Source: an uncultured Parachlamydiaceae bacterium (GTDB lineage Bacteria; Chlamydiota; Chlamydiia; Chlamydiales; Parachlamydiaceae). From it: DNA of 64,000 nucleotides. Location: the NCBI GenBank assembly GCA_963752155.1, contig CAVVXH010000008.1:32001-96000 (forward strand). The letters run 5' to 3'. The notes beneath the pieces are model-generated. The model had not been told where the DNA came from. It did no database searches and saw nothing but the letters and a program-made list of their open reading frames with translations. Made by a program: the position numbers and the translations under genes. Shown here piece by piece: positions 52,419-61,432 of this stretch. How positions within the stretch are numbered: the stretch's first letter is position 1; each line of letters starts with the position of its first letter.

Positions 52419-52570
52419 TGCTCAAACCTCATGTGTTAATGGTTCGAGCGGCTGGATGGTGTGTGTTAAGATTGTTTTTCGTTGCACCGCCATTGCACCG
52501 CAAGCCAAATTTTAGCTTGAACAATATTATTGAATCAAGCTAAATCCTGCTCACAGCTAATGGAAAAAAG

Positions 52571-52644
52571 TGGGGCAACTTGGACTTGAACCAAGGACCA
52601 GCGGGTTATGAGTCCGCTGCTCTAACCGACTGAGCTATTGCCCC
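52571..52644 (-). tRNA. tRNA with CAT anticodon (probably tRNA-Ile2; elongator Met not excluded)
   Basis: GGGGCAATAGCTCAGTCGGTTAGAGCAGCGGACTCATAACCCGCTGGTCCTTGGTTCAAGTCCAAGTTGCCCCA cloverleaf; G1-C72 paired, so not an initiator. Confidence 0.93.
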
Positions 52645-52810
52645 TGAAAAGAGTACAGCTTCAATTTAATAGATGTACAATTAATCGTCAACATGAAAAT
52701 AAACTCAAAAATTCTCTAAATTAAAAACGTGGAGAAATTCCTCACTATATCTCTAATGAGAACTTTGCTGCAAATTTTAGTGTCTGAATGATAAACTTGC
52801 TTTATGAAAT

Positions 52811-52883
52811 TGCACCGAAGAGGGCTCGAACCTCCAACCACCCGGTTCGAAGCCGGGTACTCTATCCATTGAGCTATCGGTGC
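52811..52883 (-). tRNA. tRNA-Arg(TCG)
   Basis: GCACCGATAGCTCAATGGATAGAGTACCCGGCTTCGAACCGGGTGGTTGGAGGTTCGAGCCCTCTTCGGTGCA. Confidence 0.93.
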
Positions 52884-52999
52884 GGTGAAAATCATTTTAC
52901 CAAAATCTCATTTTACTTGCAATTCATTTGTCGAAACTTTCGCAAACATTATCTAGAGGGCCTAAGCGGCAAAAGTTTTCCTATTGCCTATAAAAGATT

Positions 53000-55219
53000 T
53001 TAAATAGGATGGCTTTTTAAATTACTTTGAAGGAGTTTAAGCAAATAATCATATTCAGCTGCTGCTTTTTGCATCTCTCGTTCTACCGACGAGACCCCAT
53101 CGTCCATTAGCCAAAATGATTTCCTTGGCATAGGCTTGAAGGTTGTTTAAGGTCAAGCGTACACGATAATAAAGCTTCTTCCATATTAGGAAAACTTAGA
53201 GCTATATTGAGTAACCATGAACATTTCGCTTCTTCACTACGTTGTAAACGAAAAAGATCAAAATAATAACCCGCCGGACTTTCCAGATCTGAAATTAGAA
53301 AACGCTCCGAGTAGGATTGAGTTCCATGAACATCAATCATCTCACAAGCTACTTTCATCTGCGATTCTCGCCTTTTCTTCAGAATACCATTCCTGCACCA
53401 CGATGCGCTCTTGCCCCTCAACATAACTTTCATATTGCTCGAATTCCTCAGCAGGAACCAATTCATGATCAACTTCAGCAAGGTAATGTCCTCTTTGCCG
53501 CTGAATTTTGAAAAGGAGTTGCCCGTAACCACAATCAGCGTTCATTAAAAGTACACTATTTTTCCACGAAAATCCATCCGCAAAGCAATTAAGATCTTCA
53601 ACACTAAAATTCCTTTCAGGACGCCGCGTTTGTGCAACTATATATCCTCCAGAAGTTTGCACTAAGAAAATATCTAACAGTTTCGAAGGTCCCACATTTT
53701 TACCCAAAACTTCTTGTAACCAACGATACGTGACGCGATCAAATGCGTTTGGATCCAATGTTGTCAGAACCCAAAAAATTAATTGCCGCGGAGGCATCCC
53801 ATTTTTCAGCCCCAAAGTAACGGTAAACCATTTTTCACGTGCTTGAATAGAATTAAAAACATCTGCTAATGATTTAGCTCCCACTAAATGCGCACATAAA
53901 AGCATAAATAAAATATCAGTCAATTTATGAGGTTTTTGTCCTTGTAACCCTTGGCGCCCCCCTCCTTTAGAATCACGCTCAGTTTTAACTTTAATGAGAT
54001 CCGGTAACATTAATGCAAGCCATGGCGGGACAAAATTTCTAGAATCGTTTTCAACGGCTTGAAACAATTTATGATGTGCTGTAGGAACAGATTCATCTGA
54101 TTGTGTCCTAATGAAAGGGGCTAGCACAGCGACGTCTTCCGGTCTCTTTAAATCAACGCTATTTTCGTTAAGAATTTGTTCTCTTCGAAGGTCATCGGGA
54201 ATTTCTTTCTCATTTTCGATAGTAGAATCCTCACCTTTAGGCACTTCTTTAATTCCAACTGTGGCATCAGGAGCATTTTCGTCAGTAGAATCGACTTCTT
54301 GAGGCAGTACAACAGAATCGGGATCAGCTTCCGCGGGTTTATTTTGAGCTTCTTGTGAGGTATTTGAGGAAACTATTTGAGATTCAGGCACAGGAATGTT
54401 CTTGTCTACGTTTTGACTTAAATCTGTATTTTGAGGTATTTCAGGAATCTTTTCATTTTTTTGAGAGCTTTCAGAAGTAGGTGTCGAAGGAATACTTTTA
54501 TCCACAACTTGATCTTGCCCATCATTTTGAACCGATGGGTCTATGCCCTCTCCCGTCTGAACCTCATTTGTCTCTGATGATTTTTGATTTTCAGGAACTG
54601 AAGGTTGATCAGGTTTTGCATCAGTAGCTTCAGGAGGAGTCATCTCTGAAGGAGATTGCCCTTCATCTATAGGAAGAATCTCTCCTTCTGTTCCTTCTTT
54701 TGCTGAAGGAACCTCTTTCGACTTCTCATCCCCTTCTTTTTTTACAGGAACAGTTTGATCTGCCTTACCTTTTTCTGGAGATTGTTGCTGCGGATCGTTT
54801 CGCCCCTCTTCGCTTCCATGCACTTCAATACTCACCAGATCCTTTCCAGGAGAACTCCCCTTCGGAGCTGCTTCGTCTCGTCGAGCTCCGCTTTCTACTG
54901 GTGCTTGTACAGGAGGTTTCTCCACGCGGGGTTGCGACTGTTGACTTCGAATAGCTAATACAGCTAGTTCATTTAAGACAGGCTTAAATTTAGTAATTAA
55001 TTCCTTAATTATATTATGTTGAGAGAATTTCTGTATCGACTTTAATCCGGCTAATTTGAGATTCACAGAACCTGGGACAGTTAAAACAGTTCCGGCTAAA
55101 AGATCAATCACTTGCATTTTATCGGGTAAGGCCGCACCTCCTTCCTTAGGAGAAGATAGACTTGATATAGGAACGGCGGAAAAATCGGCAGAACCCGCAC
55201 CGAGAGCTGAACCCATCAT
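53000..55219 (-). CDS. Large acidic low-complexity protein with a C-terminal degenerate ISAs1-transposase-like domain (ORF to 53342; continuation to about 53000 via apparent +1 shifts)
   Basis: HKLTDILFMLLCAHLVGA...LGLKNGMP...LDPNAF...W, then ERFLISDL...SWLLN and EREMQKAAAEYDYLLKLL in downstream frames. Confidence 0.7.
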
Positions 55220-55330
55220 AATATACCACCTTATTTACTTACCCTTACCTTCTTTTCCATTATACAATATTTGTTTATTTTTCCTATTTTTTTCCTTTCA
55301 TTTTATTGCATTTTTATACAATAATATTTT

Positions 55331-55423
55331 ATACTAGGCGCGGCCATAGATTGTATTTTTTTGCTGCGTCAAAGCCCGCGCTCGAACGATCAAAAAAACA
55401 CAATCTATGGCCGCGCCTGGTAT
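55331..55423. repeat. Inverted repeat element upstream of glyA
   Basis: ATACTAGGCGCGGCCATAGATTGT ... ACAATCTATGGCCGCGCCTGGTAT. Confidence 0.8.
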
Positions 55424-55440
55424 ATAACAAGGAGTTCAAT

Positions 55441-56928
55441 ATGGGTAAATTGCTTGAGAACTATTTAGACAAAACTTCAAGAGAGAAGCAAACTTCTAGC
55501 GCCATTGCTTATTTGGCAGCTCTTGATCACTTGGGCGATGTCGCCCCCTCGATTGCTGCAGCAATCATCCAGGAACTTCAAGACCAACGTTCTAATCTGA
55601 AACTTATTGCTTCTGAGAACTATTCTTCATTGGCTGTTCAATTAGCCATGGGGAATTTGTTGACAGATAAATATGCTGAAGGATATCCACAACACCGTTT
55701 TTATGCCGGTTGTGAAAATGTCGACAACATCGAAATCGAAGCCCGCGAGACCCTGAAAAAGCTTTTTGGGGCAGAATGTGCTTATGTACAACCTCACTCT
55801 GGAGCCGACGCCAATTTAGTCGCTTTCTGGGCGATTCTTGTGCACCGAATTCAAAACAAAGAAATCGAAAAATTAGGAAAAAAAGGGATCGACGAACTAA
55901 CTTCAGAGGAATATGAAACAATTCGAAAATTGATGGTCAATCAAAAAATCATGGGAATGTCATTGAATTCTGGAGGACACCTTACCCATGGCTATCGACA
56001 CAATATTTCTTCCAAAATGATGCAAGCTGTCCTATATGATGTTAATCCTGAAACAGAGCTATTAGATTATATTGCATTAGAGAAACAAGTCCAAAAAGAA
56101 CGGCCAGCCATCTTACTCGCCGGCTATTCAGCCTATCCACGTCGTCTCAATTTTGCTAAAATGCGAACAATCGCTGACAGCGTAGGGGCCGTTTTAATGG
56201 TGGATATGGCTCACTTTTCAGGGCTTGTCGCCGGAAAAGTCTTCACCGGAGAATTTGATCCGGTTCCTTATGCCCATCTAGTCACTTCGACGACGCACAA
56301 AACTTTACGTGGTCCTCGTGGTGGATTTATCCTCTGCAAAGAAGAATTTGGAGAAACGATTAATAAAGGATGCCCTCTAGTGCTTGGCGGCCCCCTACCC
56401 CATGTGATTGCTGCTAAAGCGATTGCGTTTAAGGAAGCTAGCACAGATGCATTCAAAACCTATGCTCATTCTGTCGTCGACAATTGTCGTCTATTAGCTC
56501 AAGCTTTAATGGAAAGAGGGGTGCGTTTAGTCACTGGCGGAACAGAAAATCATTTAATGGTGCTCGATTTGACATCTTTCGGCCTCACTGGTCGTCATGC
56601 AGAATCGGCTCTACGAGAAGCCCACCTCACGATAAATCGAAATGCCATTCCTTTTGACATCAATGGCCCTTGGTACACTTCTGGAATACGTATCGGTACT
56701 GCTGCGATAACAACCCTTGGTATGGGGCCGAACGAAATGAGAGAAATCGCTGATGTTCTAGTTGACATTCTTTCAAATACATCCCCTGCACTATCTAAAG
56801 ATGGACAACCGAGCAAAGCAAAATTTCAGACTAACCCAGCAATCTTAAAGAAATCTCAGCGGAGAATCGATGAACTTCTTAAACGCTTTCCCCTCTATAC
56901 TGAACTCTTATTACCAGATTATAAATAG
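55441..56928 (+). CDS. glyA: Serine hydroxymethyltransferase (long chlamydial type)
   Basis: LIASEN, DKYAEGYP, QPHSGADAN, GGHLTHG, TTHKTLRGPRGG; AAGGAG RBS before ATG 55441. Confidence 0.97.
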   Translation: MGKLLENYLDKTSREKQTSSAIAYLAALDHLGDVAPSIAAAIIQELQDQRSNLKLIASENYSSLAVQLAMGNLLTDKYAEGYPQHRFYAGCENVDNIEIEARETLKKLFGAECAYVQPHSGADANLVAFWAILVHRIQNKEIEKLGKKGIDELTSEEYETIRKLMVNQKIMGMSLNSGGHLTHGYRHNISSKMMQAVLYDVNPETELLDYIALEKQVQKERPAILLAGYSAYPRRLNFAKMRTIADSVGAVLMVDMAHFSGLVAGKVFTGEFDPVPYAHLVTSTTHKTLRGPRGGFILCKEEFGETINKGCPLVLGGPLPHVIAAKAIAFKEASTDAFKTYAHSVVDNCRLLAQALMERGVRLVTGGTENHLMVLDLTSFGLTGRHAESALREAHLTINRNAIPFDINGPWYTSGIRIGTAAITTLGMGPNEMREIADVLVDILSNTSPALSKDGQPSKAKFQTNPAILKKSQRRIDELLKRFPLYTELLLPDYK

Positions 56929-57004
56929 GGGACCGAATACTCTTGGAAATAATTATTTCCCCGATCATAATCAAGACATACAGCAATAATTTAAGGAGAG
57001 GGCT

Positions 57005-57607
57005 ATGGCCAAAGCAGATAAAGAACAAGGAAATATTTCCTATATCAAGGTTAAAGATCGAATCGATAGCGCAATTCTCGATGCCCGTCGAATATTTATT
57101 TGCGACGCAATCGATAGCAACAGCACCGAAGATGCGATTCGAAAGTTATGGTATCTTGAGCTAACGGATCCAGGCAAACCGATTCTCATAGTCATCAATA
57201 GCCCTGGGGGTTCGGTCGATTCAGGTTTTGCGGTGTGGGATCAAGTTAAATTAATCTCTTCTCCAGTCACAACCTTGGTAACAGGATTGGCAGCTTCAAT
57301 GGGTTCAGTTTTAAGCCTATGTGCTTCTCCCAAACGACGTTATGCTACCCCGAATGCTCGCATTATGATCCACCAACCTCGACTAGGAGGCGCTATCCAA
57401 GGGCAAGCCACAGATCTCGAAATTCAAGCCAAAGAAATGATTAAAACACGCACAATGTTAGTACATGTTTACATGGAAGCAACCGGCAAAGATTTTAAAA
57501 CAATCGAGCGAGCTATCGATCGTGACACTTGGATGTCTGCGCAAGAAGCCTTGGAGTTTGGTCTACTTGATGGCATTGTTACGTCATTTAAAGATTTAGC
57601 TAAATAA
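57005..57607 (+). CDS. clpP: ATP-dependent Clp protease proteolytic subunit (ClpP1-type)
   Basis: [30 protein letters not shown]. Confidence 0.96.
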   Translation: MAKADKEQGNISYIKVKDRIDSAILDARRIFICDAIDSNSTEDAIRKLWYLELTDPGKPILIVINSPGGSVDSGFAVWDQVKLISSPVTTLVTGLAASMGSVLSLCASPKRRYATPNARIMIHQPRLGGAIQGQATDLEIQAKEMIKTRTMLVHVYMEATGKDFKTIERAIDRDTWMSAQEALEFGLLDGIVTSFKDLAK

Positions 57608-57647
57608 CGGCTCAAGAGATCAATGCATTTATTTAAAGGACTTAATT

Positions 57648-58871
57648 ATGTCTACGATCATACAAGAACCGCAAAACCCCCTAATATTACGCTGTCATCG
57701 TATTATGGATGCCTATGCCAAATCAAATGATGAACGCGATTTTTTTTTAAACAGGACTGAAGGCTATTTAATTTATGTTGATTTAGACAAATCTCAGGAA
57801 GAGCTCGATCTTTTAGAAAAAGAAATAAACGAATCTAAAGATGAATTTGTCATGGTCCCTAAATTAACTTTCTATGAAACTAAAAAAATCATGGAAGGGT
57901 TCATTGCTGAAAAAGTCTATGACATCGACACTAAAGAAAAATTGTTAGATATCATTCAGTCCAAAGAGGCTCGCGAAAACTTTTTAGAGTTTATTTCAGA
58001 TCATCATGCTGAATTTGAAAAATGGCAACAATACTATCAAGAGCGCTCACGCATTCGCATCATCGAGTGGTTACGTCTCAGTCATTTTCATTTTGTCTTT
58101 GAGGAAGATCTAGATTTAGACGGAGAAATCATTGATAAGCTCAAGAGAAATATATTCGAAACAAAAGTGGGTAAGGATCTTATTTCAGCACGGAAAGGAT
58201 TAGCTCTGAAAGCCAAAACTTACTACTCCACAGAAGCATTGAATCCTCGGCCTAAACGCGGGCGACCTCCCAAACAAGCCATGAAAATAGAAGTTGAAAC
58301 TCAGGCTTCAGTGGATATTTATCTGACTATTTCGCCTGCTATCAGACCTTTTCTATTTGTTCCGGATATCTCTAGTGCCTCTTCAGTGAATTTTTCAGCC
58401 AAATTTGATGAAGAACTCGATTTGCTCGTCCCACGACGCTTAAGTCTTGAGGAAATTGACACTGAAACAGCTTTACAAAATAAGATGGCTGCTCTACGCA
58501 GTCTATCTGCTCGATGGATCGATAATGAACCTTTTGATGATGAAGATTCAGAATCTGAACTTGAATCCGAATTCAACGAGGAAGTTGTCAAGCCTAAATC
58601 TAAGTCCTCTCCTGTTGCTAAAAAACCTGTTGTTAAAGAAGCCAAGGTAACGAAAGGAATAAAAGAAACTAAGACAGTTAAATCAGGGAAGTCGGCTGTT
58701 AAGGGAAAAAATGAAAGTAAGAAAACAGATAAAAAGGGAAAAACAACCTCAAAAGCAAGTTTAAAGATTGCTTCAAAGACAAAAACCCCGCCGCACAAGA
58801 CGACTAAAAAAATTGAAACTAAAACGTCCAAAAAGCCAGCTTTACGCTCGATTGTCAAAACGAAAAAATAA
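57648..58871 (+). CDS. UPF0158 family protein with a Lys-rich tail
   Basis: QNPLILR.HRIMDA.AKS.DERDFFL...EKVYDIDTKEK...ERSRIRIIEWLR...LNPRPKRGRPPKQ. Confidence 0.85.
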   Translation: MSTIIQEPQNPLILRCHRIMDAYAKSNDERDFFLNRTEGYLIYVDLDKSQEELDLLEKEINESKDEFVMVPKLTFYETKKIMEGFIAEKVYDIDTKEKLLDIIQSKEARENFLEFISDHHAEFEKWQQYYQERSRIRIIEWLRLSHFHFVFEEDLDLDGEIIDKLKRNIFETKVGKDLISARKGLALKAKTYYSTEALNPRPKRGRPPKQAMKIEVETQASVDIYLTISPAIRPFLFVPDISSASSVNFSAKFDEELDLLVPRRLSLEEIDTETALQNKMAALRSLSARWIDNEPFDDEDSESELESEFNEEVVKPKSKSSPVAKKPVVKEAKVTKGIKETKTVKSGKSAVKGKNESKKTDKKGKTTSKASLKIASKTKTPPHKTTKKIETKTSKKPALRSIVKTKK

Positions 58872-59106
58872 CATTCCGTTCGCGTCCCCCTTGCGGGACG
58901 TGAACTTCCGCGACAATCACTGTTCTAGACTGGGCTTCCAATTCTTAGGTTTCCTCTTTAAAAGGAAGAATATACAAATTGTACTTTATCTCAAAAAATA
59001 ATACAATTAAACTAAGTTTTGCAAATTTCTATTGAGTTACAGTTTTGCCATTGCTGCTTTTGACCTCAACAAAATTTGCCCATCGCTTCAATAAAAGGAA
59101 TCAAAT

Positions 59107-60180
59107 ATGGATATCTCAGACCCTCTTATTTACAATAAAAATCACTCATCCGGTTTATGGTCTAACTCCACTATAGGTCAATCCACCCTAAGGATATCAG
59201 AAATTTTCATCACTACAGTGATACTTAGTGCAACAGGATGTTCTATAGAAGGATGGATGCAGCATAGCCTGCCTGACGTAGTATATTATACCAGCTATGG
59301 AATCATTGTCGCTGCTATTGGTTGCTTATTTGCCAGCTGTTTCTGCTGCGCATCTACAACAGAAACAGAATTTCGGGAATCATTTGTCGAATTAATTGAA
59401 CCAAAGAAAGTAAAAAAACTAGGACTGAGTTCCCAAGTTCACCAGTTGTGTGAAATGGATATTGAAGGAGCTTATCTCTCCTGTAATTTGCAGCAGATGG
59501 TTGCAATAACGAATGAATGGAAAGAAAAAAAATTACTCCACATCCTCAACACAATTCCTTCCTATTTTATCTCAAATTCATACCAGAAAAGTGCTTATGA
59601 TATAGCGACACCTCTTCATACACCATTGATGCATTGGGCCAGCAAGGGCAACTTGGAGGCAGTGAAGATCTTGTGCACGCACGGCGCTGCAGACAATTGT
59701 TATCCATATAAGTTGATGGCTGGTGTAGTCACAAGTGCACTTTATGTAGCTGCCATTGAAGGGCATTCTGCTGCTGTTGATTATTTATTAAAGCAAGGAG
59801 CAACTCCTACGGTACAATTTAACCATAATGTCTTGTTCAGTTTTGTTCCTTATTTTGTATTTGCAATCTATCACAACGATAAGATTAATCACCAAAATCT
59901 TGATTGTTTAGCAAAGATTCTATCTCATTTAGAAAAAAACGCTCCAAATGATCTAAAAAATCAATTGCAAGTCCCCGTGAGTAAAAAGCAAAACTGCATT
60001 GCTTATATGGTTGAAGCTCATCAAAAACCACAAAATCATAACCTATTAGTTACAATGCTAAAGCAGTTTGGTGGGTCTGAAAACAAGGTGTTTTCAATCG
60101 ATGAATTAGAAAAATTAGGGTGCAATATCGGCACAGGCTGTACGTTAGTGGAACAAGCTAGTTTGAAAGAGCTTTTCTAA
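59107..60180 (+). CDS. Ankyrin repeat protein with an N-terminal hydrophobic hairpin
   Basis: TPLMHWASKGNLEAVKILCTHGA; SALYVAAIEGHSAAVDYLLKQGA. Confidence 0.8.
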   Translation: MDISDPLIYNKNHSSGLWSNSTIGQSTLRISEIFITTVILSATGCSIEGWMQHSLPDVVYYTSYGIIVAAIGCLFASCFCCASTTETEFRESFVELIEPKKVKKLGLSSQVHQLCEMDIEGAYLSCNLQQMVAITNEWKEKKLLHILNTIPSYFISNSYQKSAYDIATPLHTPLMHWASKGNLEAVKILCTHGAADNCYPYKLMAGVVTSALYVAAIEGHSAAVDYLLKQGATPTVQFNHNVLFSFVPYFVFAIYHNDKINHQNLDCLAKILSHLEKNAPNDLKNQLQVPVSKKQNCIAYMVEAHQKPQNHNLLVTMLKQFGGSENKVFSIDELEKLGCNIGTGCTLVEQASLKELF

Positions 60181-60390
60181 CTTTGGCTACAAATTGTAAA
60201 AATTTTCACGCATTATTTCTAGAAAAGGAAATCCTTTTAGGTTGATCAATGGGGCTTCTGAATGAGGGTTCTACGAAATTGGCGGCTTAGCTATGTACGA
60301 GAAAAAATCACACCCACTAACTTATTATTGCGTGATTCTTTATTGCAAAAATGGTATATATAATATCTAAACCATAAATTTCGGAGTCCT

Positions 60391-61416
60391 ATGCTTTTCC
60401 TGAGGGCATTTGGTATAATGATATGGCTGTTCTCTACATTACCTCTAGAAAACAGCTGCGAAAATACTGAACTCATCTACGACGATTTCTGTGACCAAGG
60501 CTCTTCCTATTTTAATAAATGGACCCTACCCTACTATGGGATCGCTGGAGAAACCTTTGTTTCTGAAGGAGGAGTCCTAGAATTATCCTTCCTACACCAA
60601 CGCCTAAAAGTTTCAGCTCCAAAATTTTGTTGGTCATCTGATTACAGAGATTTGGATCATATTAAATATTTGGCAGAAAGCACTCAACATTTTCCAATAC
60701 CTGAAGAAGGGAGTATACTGTTTTCATCATTGATGAAAGCCTATGTTTTTTCTACCTACCCCGCGGTTAATGTATCCGCCTATTCGCTAACGAACAATGA
60801 TGGTGTAAAATATAAAATCGAAAAAGGTCGACAAGCAGGCGCTATTTTACGCATGTCTAATGCTCATGAAACAGGTCAAGTCTTTGATTGGGTAGTTTAC
60901 GGAGATCAAGCATTCGCTCTAACTGAAAGGCTATTCAATGCCCCTATTTATCCTGCAAATATTGATACAGCCTATACTCAGGTCGTTAAAACATTCAAAT
61001 TGAGCTCCAAACCGCATCATTTTGCAATCCGCTATTCACGTCATCTTAAAACTCTCTCCGATCAAGTAGAATATCTAGTCGACGGAAAAATCAAGGCTGT
61101 GATTAAAAATATTGGAATCCCCTTAGATAAGCAAACTGGATATTACACTCGTAAAGATAAGGTCATAGATCCTTCTCAAGGCCCAGGGGAACCCCTCATC
61201 CAGAAAATGTCTTCAATGGTCATTGGTCATGGGTTATTCACACGCGTAGATAGTTTCCCTTATCAACAATCTACTCCGAATGATCGAAATGTGATCATCC
61301 CGTTGAAAGGGTCAATTATTACTCACACATCAAAATCTCCCACAGTCTTTTCTCGGATATGGGGTCAAGGGGCAGCAGGATTTTATTATAATTTTAAAGT
61401 TGAAACTTCTAATTGA
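60391..61416 (+). CDS. Secreted hypothetical protein (DUF6081-like)
   Basis: DHIKYLAEST..FPIPEEGS, ETGQVFDW, ALTERL, WGQGAAG; signal-like N-terminus. Confidence 0.55.
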   Translation: MLFLRAFGIMIWLFSTLPLENSCENTELIYDDFCDQGSSYFNKWTLPYYGIAGETFVSEGGVLELSFLHQRLKVSAPKFCWSSDYRDLDHIKYLAESTQHFPIPEEGSILFSSLMKAYVFSTYPAVNVSAYSLTNNDGVKYKIEKGRQAGAILRMSNAHETGQVFDWVVYGDQAFALTERLFNAPIYPANIDTAYTQVVKTFKLSSKPHHFAIRYSRHLKTLSDQVEYLVDGKIKAVIKNIGIPLDKQTGYYTRKDKVIDPSQGPGEPLIQKMSSMVIGHGLFTRVDSFPYQQSTPNDRNVIIPLKGSIITHTSKSPTVFSRIWGQGAAGFYYNFKVETSN

Positions 61417-61432
61417 ATAATACTTATAACAC

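Noticed and set aside
52811..52817. TGCACCG at the tRNA-Arg 3' end as an arm site
   Set aside because: Single copy explained by the acceptor stem; no partner at 11 bp
55306..55440. N-terminal extension of GlyA or a riboswitch in its leader
   Set aside because: The extension runs through a palindromic element and a good RBS precedes ATG 55441; I could not recognise a ZTP, THF or glycine riboswitch consensus (an Rfam scan would settle it)
58319..58858. 179-aa antisense ORF and other short shadow ORFs in the track
   Set aside because: They lie opposite or within well-supported genes and have no motifs
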